A stretch of 64,000 nt of DNA from Mobula hypostoma (taxonomy: Eukaryota), in assembly GCF_963921235.1 (NCBI RefSeq), contig NC_086108.1:15190001-15254000 (forward strand), given 5' to 3'. Made by a program: the position numbers and the translations under genes. The notes under the pieces were generated by a model. The model was not told the origin of the DNA. It ran no database searches and saw nothing but the letters and a program-made list of their open reading frames with translations. The first letter of the stretch is position 1. Each line of letters opens with the position of its first letter. This document shows positions 24,562-37,069 of this stretch, in pieces.

Positions 24562-24955
24562 GGTTTGTGGAAGTCCATGTTTGATAAGCAGATGACGACA
24601 GAAAGGGAGTTTGAAAAAGTCGCCAGCAGCCAGTGCCAGGTCCCAATGATGCAGCAACAGGGCTCCTTCCGATTTGGCAAATTCCCAACAGAGAAGGTGA
24701 AGGTGATTGAGCTCCCATATAAAGGCGACGATGTCTCCATGGTGCTGATCCTCCCCATGGCGGGAGGCAACCTGCAGGAGATCGAGACTGCGCTGAGCCA
24801 CGAGAAGATGCTGGGCTGGATCAGCAGGCTGAGTATGACAGAGGTGGAGCTCTCCATTCCTCGATTCCGTGTCGAGGATTCGTTCAGCCTGACCAGCAAG
24901 CTAAAGCAGATGGGCCTGGTTGACCTGTTCAACCCTGAGAAAGCAAGTCTCCCAG
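24562..24955 (+). CDS. SERPINC1: Antithrombin III exon 5
   Basis: ttctgCAG| GLWKSMF...ELPYKGDDVSMVLILP...IPRFRVEDSFSL...MGLVDLFNPEKASLP-G |GTATGT; 394 bp, phase 0/1. Confidence 0.97.
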
Positions 24956-25219
24956 GTATGTGTGTGATGTTCCCTCTGCTCGCTGTCACTACTCACCACC
25001 CTTGATCTACCCATCCCCTACACACCATCTTCCAAATCCCTGCTCATCCTCCTCCTCACCCAGTCTATTCCCCATCTCCCACCTTTACCTTGCTTATATC
25101 ACTCTCTCCATCCCATTCTCCCCACCCTACCTTATGGTCTCTTCAACTTCCCAAATGCTCCCTGACCTTCCCTTCTCCGGTCTGATGTTTCCCTTTCGCA
25201 CATCTACCCATAACCCTCC

Positions 25220-25490
25220 CTAAACCCCTCTCCATCTCCCTCGCTACACACCCTCCTCCCTCCCTCCACTCCCTCTCCCTGTCTCCTCAACATCTATTAC
25301 CTGCTCTCCTCCATCCCTCCATACCATCTTCCTCCCTTTTCATATCCTCTCCCTCCTACCACCATCCCCTCCCTCCACCTACTCTGTCTCCTACCTTCCT
25401 CCCATCATCCTCCCCCTCCAATCCCTCTACCTCCCCCTCCTTTCCCCTTCCTTCATCCCCTCCCCCTCCCTGCTCCTCTCTCAACACCTC
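25220..25490 (+). repeat. Low-complexity polypyrimidine tract
   Basis: Almost entirely C/T on the + strand. Confidence 0.8.
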
Positions 25491-25725
25491 TGTCCATTCA
25501 GTTTCCTACTTCTGGTCACATCCAGATCCCTGTATTCTCCACCCTCACTAGATTGAACTAACCAAGGCTTTGAACCACATCCGGCCCTGTGTACCATTAG
25601 TCAGAATCCATTCTGATCAACCTCAGTGCTTCAGGTTTGACAGCAGACAGCAGACTGCAGACTGATGGTGTTTTGTCTCTCTGCTTATTGCACACTGAGA
25701 AACATTGACTGTGTTTACCTTACAG

Positions 25726-25790
25726 GACTAGTTGAAGGATTGCACACTGACCTCTATGTCTCCGATGCATTTCATAAAGCCTTTTTGGAG
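25726..25790 (+). CDS. SERPINC1: Antithrombin III exon 6 (missed by the ORF track)
   Basis: cttaCAG| (G)LVEGLHTDLYVSDAFHKAFLE |GTATGT; 65 bp, phase 1/0. Confidence 0.96.
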
Positions 25791-28519
25791 GTATGTTGTT
25801 TTCTGCCTTACCTGTAAATAAGTCTCTGTTTACTGACAGCTGCACTCCCGGAAGCTGTCTCCCTAGTAGTGTCTCCATGTGGATGGAAACAGCCCTTTGG
25901 CCCAACTCATCTATCTCCTGGCCATGGTGCCTACCTGAGCCAGTCTCATTTGCCGGTATTTGCTCGATATCCCCTCTGAGACTTTCCTTTCCATATACCT
26001 GTCCAGAGGTCTTTAAAATGTTGTTAATGTTCCTGCTTCAGCCACTTCCTCTGTCAGCTCATTGCATATACGGACCATCCCCTGGTCTAAAGGTCCTTCT
26101 TAAATCTTTCATCTGTCACTTTAAATTTTAGACGCCCTACCCTGGGCCAGAGACTGTGACCACTAACCTTATCTATGCCCCACGTAAAAGCATAAACATC
26201 TACAAGGCCACCCCACAGCCGCCTATGCTCCAGGGAAAGAAGTCCCACCTGTCCAGTCAGTCTAAGCCCTTCAGTCCCAGTAATGTTCTTGTAAGTTTCT
26301 GCACCCTCTCTGGTTTAAAGACCACAGGTGTGTGCAGTACTCCAAATGTATCCTTACAACACCTTGTGTAACTGTAACGTAATAACTGAATTCCAGTTTT
26401 CAAACCCTGTCTAACAAAGGCAACATGCCAGGTGTCTTCCTCGCCATCCTATCCACCTGGAATTTTGGAAATTGCTGCTCAACTGTCCGAGGGTTCTTTA
26501 ACCTGAGAGAGTATTTCTGAGAACCCAGTCTGGGCAATAGCAATGCTTATTGGTTTACTGAGTCTGGAATCTGCTCTGAGATAATACGGTGGGAGAGTTC
26601 AGACTCTACACTGTTTCTCATTTACAGTATATTTAATTTTCTTCCTTATTAAAAAATTTATTGGCCCAGCCAGCCCATCAATACAGGTCTGTAAATTATA
26701 GACTTGTCAGTGACAAACGTTGGAATCAGAATCGTAATCACTGACATCCAATATGTTGTGAAATTGGTCATTTACTGGCTGCAATACAGTACAAGGCATA
26801 AAACTTATAAAATAAATAAATAGAGCAAAAGACAAATAACAGATTAGTATTCATGAATTCAACAAGGTAGTGTTAATGGGTTCACAGGCTGTTCAGAAAT
26901 CTGATGGTGGAGGTGAAGCTATTCTTAAAATGTTGAGTGGGGGTCTTTAGGTTCCCGAACCCCCTCCCCAATTAATGTAACTCAAAGGGGGCATGTCCTG
27001 GATGGTGAGGATATTTAATCATTGTTGCTGACTTCTTGAAACCCCACCCCTTGAAGATGTCCTCAGTGGTGGGAGGGTTATGCCCATGAAGGAACTGGCT
27101 GAGTCTACAGTCCTCTGTAGTCTCTTGTGATCCTTTGTAGTGGAGCCTCCATACCAAGCTCTGATGCAGCTAGTCAGAATGCTCTCTACTGTACCACTAT
27201 AGAAATATGTAAAGTCTTTGGTAACGTACCAAATCCCCTCAAACTCCTAATGAAGCAGAGCCTCTGGCCTGCCTTTGTGATCACATTGATGTCTCGGGCC
27301 CAGGCAGATCCTTAAAGATGCTGACACCCAGGAACCTGAAACTGTTCACCCTTTCTACAGCCAATACTCAAGGAGTCCTGGTGCATGTTCTCCTGACTTC
27401 CCTTTTCTGAAGTTCACAATCAATTCCTTGCTCTTGCTGATGTTGAGTCCATTACTCATAAAGTCCTTCAGCATCTACGCTGACTGAGATGTCTTTCTAC
27501 ATTAATGCCGTTTGTCTTCATTTTGCCCATATCTCTCTAAACATTTCCTATCCATGTATTTGAACAATTGTCTTTTAAATGTTGTCAATGTACCTGCTTC
27601 AACTACTCATCAGCAGCTTGTTCCATATACTGACCACCCTCTTGGGTGAAAAGTTGCCCCTATTAAATGTTCCTCCTCTCACCTCAAACATATGCCTTCT
27701 AGTTTTACTAACTCTCCTCCCATGGGAAACACAAGGATATTTAGAAAATCATTTATCAGCAGAGGCAATATGGTTTTATGAAAAGGAAATGATGTTTGAC
27801 AAGGTAAGTGGAGCTCTCTGAAAATGTACCAGGTACAGTGTAAAAGGAACCAATGGATGGAGTAAATCTGGATTTTTATACAGCACTCAGTCTGGTCCAG
27901 ATGAAAGGTTATTGTTTATTGTTACACCTACTGCATAGTAATTGGGGTTATGTATTAGCATGGATATCCAATATCAAACAGAAAGTAAAGTGATGATAAA
28001 TGGGTCATTTTAGATTGACAAACTATCTAGTTTGTGTGTTGGAAGCACGACTATTCTCAAACTTTATTAAGGATGTGGATAAAGGGGCCAGGTGAATTGC
28101 AACAAAATTTCCTCAGCATAATGTGTGGAAGATTTCAGGAATTTGCAAAAGGATATTGATGGACAAAGTGAGAGGACAACAGTTTATCAGATGCAATATA
28201 ACATGGAGAGCAAGTTATCTATTTGTGAGATTGAGTAGAAAAGTAGAGTACTGTTTAATTAAGAAATTCAGTCATGCCTGGACATTGGATACGAAATGTA
28301 TAAAGTTAGCATGCAGATGCAGTATGTAATCAGGAAGACAAAAGGAACATTAATCTTTATAGCAAAGAGAATGAAGTTAGGGAAATTGCATTCCAATTTC
28401 AGAGGATGTACTGAGGCCACAACTAGAATACCAGGCACAGTTTTGGTCCCCTTACCTAAAAAGGGACATCATAGGTGGAGGCATTTCAAGGAAATTAACA
28501 GGATAATTCCTGGGATCAG

Positions 28520-29210
28520 AGTTCAAAGTAAAACTTATTATCAGTGTACATACATGCCACCACATAAAACCCTGAGATTCTTTTTCTGTGGGCATGCTTA
28601 GCATATCTATAATACAGTAAATGTAAACTGGATCAATGAACAACGAATTGTGCAAATCCAGCTATAAATAAATAGCAATAAATACAAACACGAAATAATG
28701 AGATTGAAAAATCCTCAAATGAGTGTAGTTATCCCCTTTTGTTCAAAAGCCTGATGGTTGAGGGGTAATAACTGTTCTTGAACCCGGTGGTGTAAGTCCT
28801 GAGTCTCCTGTGCCTTCTATCTGACGGCAGCAGCAAGGAAAGAGCATGGCCTCGGTGGTGAGGATATTTGGTAATGGATGCTACTTTTCTACGGCACCAT
28901 TTCTTGTAGATGTGCTCAATGGTTGGGAGGGTTTTCCCCATGATGTACTGTGCTGAATCCACTACCTTTTGTAGGATTTCCTCAAAGGCTTAAAGACTTT
29001 GGTGTTCTTATACCAGGCTGCATTGGGGTCTACAAGTGAGGAAATCCAGGATTCAATTGCACAGGGGGGTTTTGAGGCCCAGGTCTTGATTAGCTTTGAG
29101 GGGATGATGATGTTAAATGCTGAGCTGTAATTAATAAGGAGCATCCTGATGTAAGCACCTTTGCTGTTCAGATAGACTAGAGTTGTGTGAAGAGCCAATG
29201 AGATGGCACC
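28520..29210 (-). mobile_element. Rex1/Babar-type LINE fragment
   Basis: YIRMLLINYSSAFNIIIP and ITKYPHHRGHALSLLLPSDRR..FKNSYYPSTIRLLN. Confidence 0.8.
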
Positions 29211-29964
29211 TAGTCCTATCACAGTCTCCTACTTTGAAGGGGGGGGGAAGTATATTTGCACTGGAAATACTTTAGTGGAAGTTCACAAGGAGCACTCCTG
29301 CGATGATGGGGCTGTCTCATGGGGAGAACTTGGGCCAGTACTCATCGGAGTTTAGAGGGAAGTCAGAAAAATTCAGGGTGTCTTCATAGAGTGGATACTG
29401 TGATACTATTTCCCCTTTAAGGTAATCTAGAACTCAAGAGCATGGTCTCCTGATATGGGGATGAAGTGAAATTTCTTCTCTCAGAAGAGTGTAACTCCTG
29501 GAGGTCTCTAGCCCAGAGATTTGTGAAGCCTGGGCCATTGAAGGCCAAAATAGACTGATATTTGCTCAATGGAGGCTTGACAGTTATAGGGAATAGACAG
29601 GAAAGTGGAGCTGATGTTACTAAATTATGGCAGAAACTCACGGGTCCCTTGGCTACCCTTGATACAATTCCTTATGTTCTGAAGCATGGTTGAGAGTCAA
29701 TATACAGGCCTGACCTGTAAAGAACAACAACATTTCTACCCTGAGAAAATTTCTGAATTAGGTGGATGTTTTTTGATAACATCATCTCTCAGATCATGGC
29801 AGTGTTTTACTCCAGATCATTTGATTCTCTATTTAAATTTCCATGTTGTGGTTGGTTTTGAATGTTCCTCCAGTTCTTATGGACTGGTAGTTGAATAACA
29901 ATGTGGGAGAATTCCCATGTAGACTGAGTTTCACTTGGTGTCAGCTGTACATGTCCTGAGCTGA

Positions 29965-30320
29965 TTTGATGGGACAGCCTAAGTGAGAAACTTTATTCTA
30001 ATTTTAACTTGTGCTGTTCCCACCCTAGGAGTGTGTGATGGGACAGTGTAGATGGAGCTTCACTACGTATCTAATCCATTCCATCCCTGTTGTGGTAGTG
30101 TGTGATCAGACAGCGTAGAGGGAGTTTTACTCTGTATCTAACCCATTCTGTCCCTGTCCTTTGAGTGTGTGTTGGGACGGCTTTACTCTGTGTCTAACCT
30201 ATGTTGATTTCATGCTGGCCGAGTGTGATGGGCCAGTGTGTTAGGGATTTTACTCCATACCCATTCCATTATGCCTAATCTGGGAGTGTTATACTTCTGG
30301 TATAAAGACTGTGCTTGTAC
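29965..30320 (+). repeat. ~60-65-bp degenerate satellite (GGGAGTGTGTGATGGGACAGTGTAGAGGGAGCTTTACTCTGTATCTAACC...), ~5 copies
   Basis: Repeated gtgtgtgatgggacag / ctttactctgtatctaac units just upstream of the last SERPINC1 exon. Confidence 0.8.
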
Positions 30321-30454
30321 TCTATGCCATCCACATGGTACATGTTCTGCAAGTGCTTGCCAGGGCAGTGTGGCAGCAGCTTGGCTCTCTATCCAATGGG
30401 AGGGTTTGACAGCTGTGTACTGGGCCAGCCTGACATGGACACCTTGCCTGGCAG

Positions 30455-30640
30455 GTGAACGAGGAAGGCAGTGAGGCTGCAGCAGCCACGGCCGTGATGT
30501 TGATGGGACGTTCGCTGCGTCCGGACCTGGAGGTTTTCAATGCCAACCGGCCTTTCATCCTGCTGATTCGAGAAGTCGCCATCAATGCCATCATCTTCAT
30601 GGGGAGAATATCTGACCCCTGTGGTCCAACACGGCAATGA
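30455..30640 (+). CDS. SERPINC1: Antithrombin III exon 7 (reactive centre loop, P1-P1' Arg-Ser, C-terminus)
   Basis: gg[64 protein letters not shown] with the serpin signature. The spliced CDS totals 1395 nt = 464 aa. Confidence 0.97.
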   Translation: MNEEGSEAAAATAVMLMGRSLRPDLEVFNANRPFILLIREVAINAIIFMGRISDPCGPTRQ

Positions 30641-30710
30641 GGGGAATGAATCATATCATCGTTGCAGCAGTTACACAAACTTAATCAAGTGCTTACAGGG
30701 TTGTTATCTT

Positions 30711-30725
30711 ATTAAACAAAATAAA
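30711..30725 (+). terminator. SERPINC1 polyadenylation signals
   Basis: ATTAAA at 30711-30716 and AATAAA at 30720-30725, ~75 nt after the stop. Confidence 0.75.
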
Positions 30726-32099
30726 GAAAGATAGACTACTCTGTCACTTCTTTCGGACCTTAGGAACATTCTAAAGCACCTCACCATGAACAAGTGTAAT
30801 TGTAAGGCAAAATACTACAGGTGCTGTAAACTTGAAATGAGAACACAGTACTTGCAGGAAGTGCTCGACCAGTATCTGTGGAGGGAGTAAACCTTTCATC
30901 TGCCAAGATGCCTGAGCTGCTGAGGATTTTTGGTTTTGTTTCTTAAGTCTTTTTCTCTTCCAGTCATTCAGAATGGAAACAAGTCCTTCAATCCATCTCA
31001 TCCATGCGAACCAAAATGTGGGTCAAAGGCAGTCCCATTTGCCCATATCCCTCTAAGCCTTTCCTTTTCACATACTTATCCAGGTAACCTTTATATGTGG
31101 TTAATGTACCTGCTTTGAACACTTCCTCTGGCAACTTATTCCATATACTGACCAGCTTTGAATGAAAAAAAAAGTTGCTCCTTGGGTTTCTCTTAATCCT
31201 CTCTAACCTTAAACCTATGCCCTGGATTCACCAACCCTGGCAAAAAGACTGCATGCATTAACCCATCCTGATGATATTATAGATTTTATATCATCAACTC
31301 TCATTCTCCTGCACGCCAGTGAATGAAGTCCTAGCCTGCCTAGACTTCCCTCGAGTTCCAGCCACATCCTTATAAACCCTCCTCTGTACTTTCCAGCGGT
31401 AATGACATCTTTCCTATGACACATCAACCAAAACTAAGCACAATATTCCAAATGCAGCCTCCCCAAAGCTGTTTACCACTGCAACATTACCCAGTTTTTG
31501 CCCAAGCCCCTTGGATCAAAAGAAGACTAGCTTCTACTCTAGTTCAATGTGTTCCAGTGAGGCCATCGGACTCTTCTGCAGATGGGGCAGGAGATGGCTT
31601 GTGTACTTTGTGGTGATGAGCTCCTCTGCTTCTTGCTGTGGGTTTCTGTGTGCTCCTGGGTGAAATGGCCACTGACTACGTTTGGTACGTAAGCCAAGGT
31701 TTCCCAAGAGTTTAGAAGTTCAAAGTACTTTATTATCAAAGGACTTATATATCACCATATACTACCCTAAGATTCATTTTCTTGCAGGAATTCACAGTAA
31801 ATACAAAATAATGTTATAAATAAACACAAGAACTCAATAGAATCAATGAATAAATTATGAAGTTAGTAGGGATGTTCCACTCTAACGAGGAGACACCAAA
31901 AAAATCCATGAATAGTTTTCTCCATCCACCATACTCTATTACCAAGATGTGGTCCTGGACTAGAAACCTCTGTTCAGAATCTGGTACAAACTCTGTAGAC
32001 TGTCATGTGATGGTAATGACAATGGCAACAGTACTGGGCACAGTCAGAAGTAATGGATAATTATCACGGTGTTTGTGTGCCATCCGGACAGATTATTTC

Positions 32100-33480
32100 A
32101 TAGGGTAGTACAAAAGGAAAGAAAAGAGAATGTAGATATGTAGAATATGGTGTTACAGTTCCAGAGAAAGTGCAGTGCAGGAGACAAGTAAGGTCACAAT
32201 GACGGAGATTGAAAGATCAAGCGTTCTTGTAGCATTCTTTTAACACTCAAGAATCTTATAACAGCAGGATTGAATCTGCTCTTGACCCTGATGGTATGTG
32301 TTCTCAAGCTTTTATATATTCTGCCCAACAGGAGGGAGGAGAAGAGATTATGACCAGGGGAGGATGGGGTTCTTGATTAAATTGGCTGCTTTTGCAAGAC
32401 AGCAGAAAGTGTAGACAGAGTCCATGAAAGAGAGACTCATTTTCTTGATGGACTAGGCTGTGTCCACAACGCCTTGCAGTCTTGGGCAAAGCTGTTGCCA
32501 TGTTAAACAGTGAATTCATTCAGCTAGGATCTTTCCTATAGTGCATCTGTGAAAAATGAAGGTCATCGGGGAGATGCTGTATTTCCTTAGCCTTCTGAGG
32601 AAGCAGAGATGCAGGTGCGCTGTGCTGTGCTTTCCTGTCTGTGGTGTCCATGTGGCTGGATCAGGACAAATTGTGGGTGATATGTACACCACCACCCCCC
32701 CAGAAACCATCTCCACCAACACCAACATCATAGACAGGAGCATGTCCTAAAGTCAATGATCAGCTCCTTTGCTTAAAAATTCAAAGTAAATTTATTACTA
32801 ATATAATTTGATTCATTTTCTTGTGGGCATACTCAATAAATCTATAGAACAATAACCATTACAGAATCGATGAAAGACCACCCAGCTAGAGCGTGCAACC
32901 AGAGTGCAGAAGACAAGAAACTGCAAATACAAGAAGAAATAATAATAATAAACAAATAAGCAATAATTTTTGAGAGCATGAGATGAAGAGTCCTTGAAAG
33001 CAAGTTTATTGGTTGTGGGAACATTTCAATGATGGACAAGTGAAGCTAAGTGAAATTATCCTCTTTGGTTCAAAAGCCTGATGGTAGTAACTGTTCCTGA
33101 ATCTGGTGGTGTAAGATCTGATGCTCCCCCTACCATCTTCCTGATGGCAGTAGCAAGAAGAGAGAATGTCCTGGGTGGTGGGGGTCGCTGATGATGCTTT
33201 CAGGCAATGTGCAGATGTGCTCAATGGTGGGGCGGGCTTTACCCATGATGGCCTGGGTTGTATCCACCTCTCTTTGTAGGATCTTCTGTTCAAAGGCATT
33301 GGAGTTTCCATACCAGGCTGTGATGCAGCCAGTCAATACACTCTCCACTACACATCTATGGAAGCTTGTCAGACTTTTAGATGTCACGCCAAATCTTCTC
33401 AAACTCCTAAGGTAGTAAAGGCGCTGCTGTGCTTTCTTCATAATTGTACCTGTGTGCCGGGACCAGGACAGGTCTGCTGA
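32100..33480 (-). mobile_element. Rex1/Babar-type LINE 3' fragments (two or more)
   Basis: KKAQQRLYYLRSLRRFG...ESVLTGCITAWYGN...SIISDPHHPGHSLFLLLPSGR. Confidence 0.85.
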
Positions 33481-34399
33481 AATAATTCCGCTGTTCAGCT
33501 AGACCATGGCCGACAAGTAACGCTTGCCTGCACTAACTCCACAGCCTTTAATATGCAACAATAAACCTCCACAACATCATGGGATGAGAATCGCAACCAC
33601 TCACAGCCCTTGCGGTGAAGACATTCTACCTGGCCTCTGATCTTGAGGTCATTGGTTCTAGCTTCCAGTTATGGGGAGTATCGGGTCAGCAACCATTTGA
33701 GAGTCCCTGTCGTATCTTAAAAAATAATCAATAGAAATTGCAGGGAACACACATCAGGTTGGGCAGTATCTGTGGAGAGAAGAACAGTCAATGATTCCAG
33801 CTGATAAACTATTGTCAGAACTGGGAAAAGCTGGATGTCAGACAGATGTTGTGAGTTGTGGAGAGGCGGGGGGAGTGGAGAGGGCAGAGGGAATGTTTGA
33901 AATAAAACTCACAAGAAACTGCATGTGCTGGAACCTGGGACAACAAACAAGATGCTGGATGAACTCAATGGGTCAAGCACCATCTGTGGAGGGAAATGGG
34001 CAGTCAATGTTTCAAGATGAAGCACTTTCACCTAGACAGAAAGTGTAGAGGGGAGATAGTGTAAAGGGGCGGAGAAAGAGCTGGCAGGTGATTAGAGGAG
34101 AGAGTGGGAAAAGCCACAGGCTGAGAGGTGATTGGTGGAAGTGACAAAGGGCTGTTGGTTGGAATCTGCTCAGAGGGGAAGGTGGAACATGGAATCAAGT
34201 GAGAGAAGTACAGAGGGCAGATGGAAACAGTGGTGGTGGTGGCGGGGTCTCAGTGGGAAGATTGTGTATGATGGGCAGATGGACTAGGTAGAGGTGGGTA
34301 AAGAAACAGGGTGATCAGAGCTGGGATGGTGTAGAAGGAAATGGGTAGATCAGGAAGAGACAGAAAAGTATTAGAGAGGGACAGGCGAGCAACTACATG

Positions 34400-36405
34400 T
34401 TATGTATGAAAGAGGTAGCTGAAGAGACTGTGGAGGCATTAGAAGTGATCTTTCAAGAACCATTAGGTTCTGGAGGACTGGAAGATTGCTAATGTCACTC
34501 AACTCTTTAGAAAAGAGATAGAAGAAAGGAAATTATAGGCTAGTTAGACTGACTTCAGTGGTTGGAAAGAGGTTGGTCTATTATTGATGTTTCAGGGTAC
34601 TGGAGATACATGATAAAATAGGCGAAAGTCAACATTGTTTCCTTGAGGGGAAACCTTACCTGAAAAGTTTATTGGAATTCTTTGAGGAAATAACAGGCAG
34701 TGCAGACAAAGGAGAGTCAGTGGATGTTGTTTGTTTGGACTTTCAGGCCTTCGACAAGGTGCCACACATGAGGCTGCTTAACAAGATAAAAGCCCATGGT
34801 ATTACTGGAAAATACCTGCATGGATAGAAGACAGCTGACTGGCAGGAGGCAAAGAATAGGAATAAACGGGGCCTTTTCTGTTCGGCTGTCAGTGATAAGT
34901 GACGTTCCACAGTGGTTGGTGTTGGGACTTCTTTTCACATTACATGTCAATTATTTGCATGAAGGATTTGATGGCTTTGTGGTCAAGTTTGCAAAGATAG
35001 GTGGAGGGGCAGGTAATGGTGAGTGTTTCTGTAGAAGGACTTAGACAAATTGGGAAAATGGGCAAATAAGTGGCAGATGGAATACGGTGTAGGGAAGGGC
35101 TTGGTCATGCACTGGCAGAAAGAATAAAGGGCTACACTATCTTCTATATGGGAAGAAATTACTAAAATCAGAGGTGCAAAGTGACTTGGGAGTCCTCTTG
35201 CGGGATTCCCTAAAGGTATACTTGAAGGTTGAGTCAGTGGTAAGGAAGGCAACTGCAAAGTTAGCATTCATTTCAAGAGGACTAGAATATTAGATTAGGT
35301 TAGATTAGATTATGAGGACACGCAGTCCTCTTTTATTGTCATTTAGTAATGCATGCATTAAGAAATAATACAACGTTTCTCCAGAATGATATCACAGAAA
35401 CACAAGACAAACCGACTGAAAACTGACAAAAACCACATAATTATAACATATAGTTACAACAGTGCAAAGCAATACCGTAAAGTAAAAAGTCTCAAAGTCT
35501 CTCGAAAGTCCCATCATCTCACGCAGACAGTAGAAGGGAGAGAAACTCTCTTCCTGCCATGAACCTCCAGCGCCGCAAACTTGCCGATGCAGCACTCTGG
35601 AAGCACCCGACCACAGCTGACTCTTGAGTCCGTCCGAAAAACTCCGAGCCTCCAACCAGCCGTCTGACACTGAGCACCAAGCACCATCTCTGCCGAGTGC
35701 TTCGACCCCGGCTCTGGCAACAGGCGATAGGCAAAGCCGAGGATTTGGGGCCTTCCCCTCCGGAGATTCTCGATCGCACAGTAGCAGTGGCAGCTGTGAA
35801 TATAAACACAAAGATGTAATGCTGAGCCTTTATATGGCATTGGACAGATCACATTTGGAGTAGTGTGAGCAGTTTTGCGTCCCTTATCTAAGAAAAGATG
35901 TGCTGGCATTGGAGAGGGTCCAGAGAGAGTACAAGAGAATGATCCCAGGGCTATAAGGGTTAACATACGAGGAGCATTTGATGGTTTTGGGCCTATACTC
36001 ACTGGAGCTTAGAAGAATGAGAAAGATATCATTGAAACTTATCGAATAATGAAGGCCTAGACAGAGTGGATGTGGAGAGATATTTTCTTTTGTGGTGGGG
36101 AGTTAGGATCAGAGGGCACAACCTCAAAATAGAGGCTCATTCATTCAAAACAGAGATGAAGAAAAATATCTTTAGCCAGAGGGAGGTAAATCTGTGGAAT
36201 TACTTGCCACAAACAGCTGTGCAGGCCAAGTCATTGGGCATATTTAAGGCAGGGGTTGACAGGTTCTTGATTAGTCAGGGTGTCGAAGGTTACGGGAGAA
36301 AGCAGGAGAATGGGGTTGAGAGGGATAATAAATCAGCCATGATAGAATGACAGAGCATACTCAATGGGCCAAATGGCCTAATTCTGCTCCTGTGTCTTAT
36401 GGTAT
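34400..36405 (+). mobile_element. CR1 LINE RT/3' fragment interrupted by a 0.5-kb insertion
   Basis: DF..AFDKVPH RT motif and CR1 tail. Confidence 0.8.
35291..35797 (-). mobile_element. Non-autonomous retroelement (family not identified) with a (TCTAA)n tail
   Basis: Flanked by direct repeat GAATAT (35285-35290 and 35798-35803); CpG-rich; the host CR1 resumes after it. Confidence 0.65.
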
Positions 36406-37069
36406 ATGGTGGGAATGTCAGTGAGACGACAGAGAGCTGGGGAGTCTCGGGTAAGCTGGAGTCCCTGAGTAAGGCCAACTTCCTCCCAACAAGTCAGGTG
36501 GAAGTCCCTGAATAAGGCCATCCTCTTCCCATCAACATAGCTCCTCTCCCTCCCACATCATTGCTCCTTCTTACACTCCCCATCCCCATCGCAGTCTCCC
36601 ACCACTCATCTTCCCCTCCCTCATTACTCCCACTCCCCAGCAATCCCCCTCGCCATCTTTCCCTTCCTCTGCACCATCACAACCTCATGGTGTCCTCATC
36701 CCCATAACAACCCTACCCTCCTTACTGCATCTCTCCCTTCCCCCTCCTCCACTACGGCCTCTCTGAACCCAAGGTACGTTTGTTGACAACCATACCCCTT
36801 CACCAGTTCCTCCCCTTGCTGGTATCAAACCCATCACACATTGTCCCTGAAGATTATGAGTCCAGTTCCGGTGCAGATTTTACATTCCCGATGCAGCCCT
36901 TCTGTCCTTCAGCAATCTCCAAAGTCCTTGCTGTCTCTCTAATTCTGAGCATCCACCTGCACACCCCCAGATTACATTGCTTGTGAATAAATTATACACA
37001 TTCTTATCAGAAAAGACAATTTAAACAAAATAAGTCCATTTTACTGCAAAGTGGTCAAATTGTTAAAAG

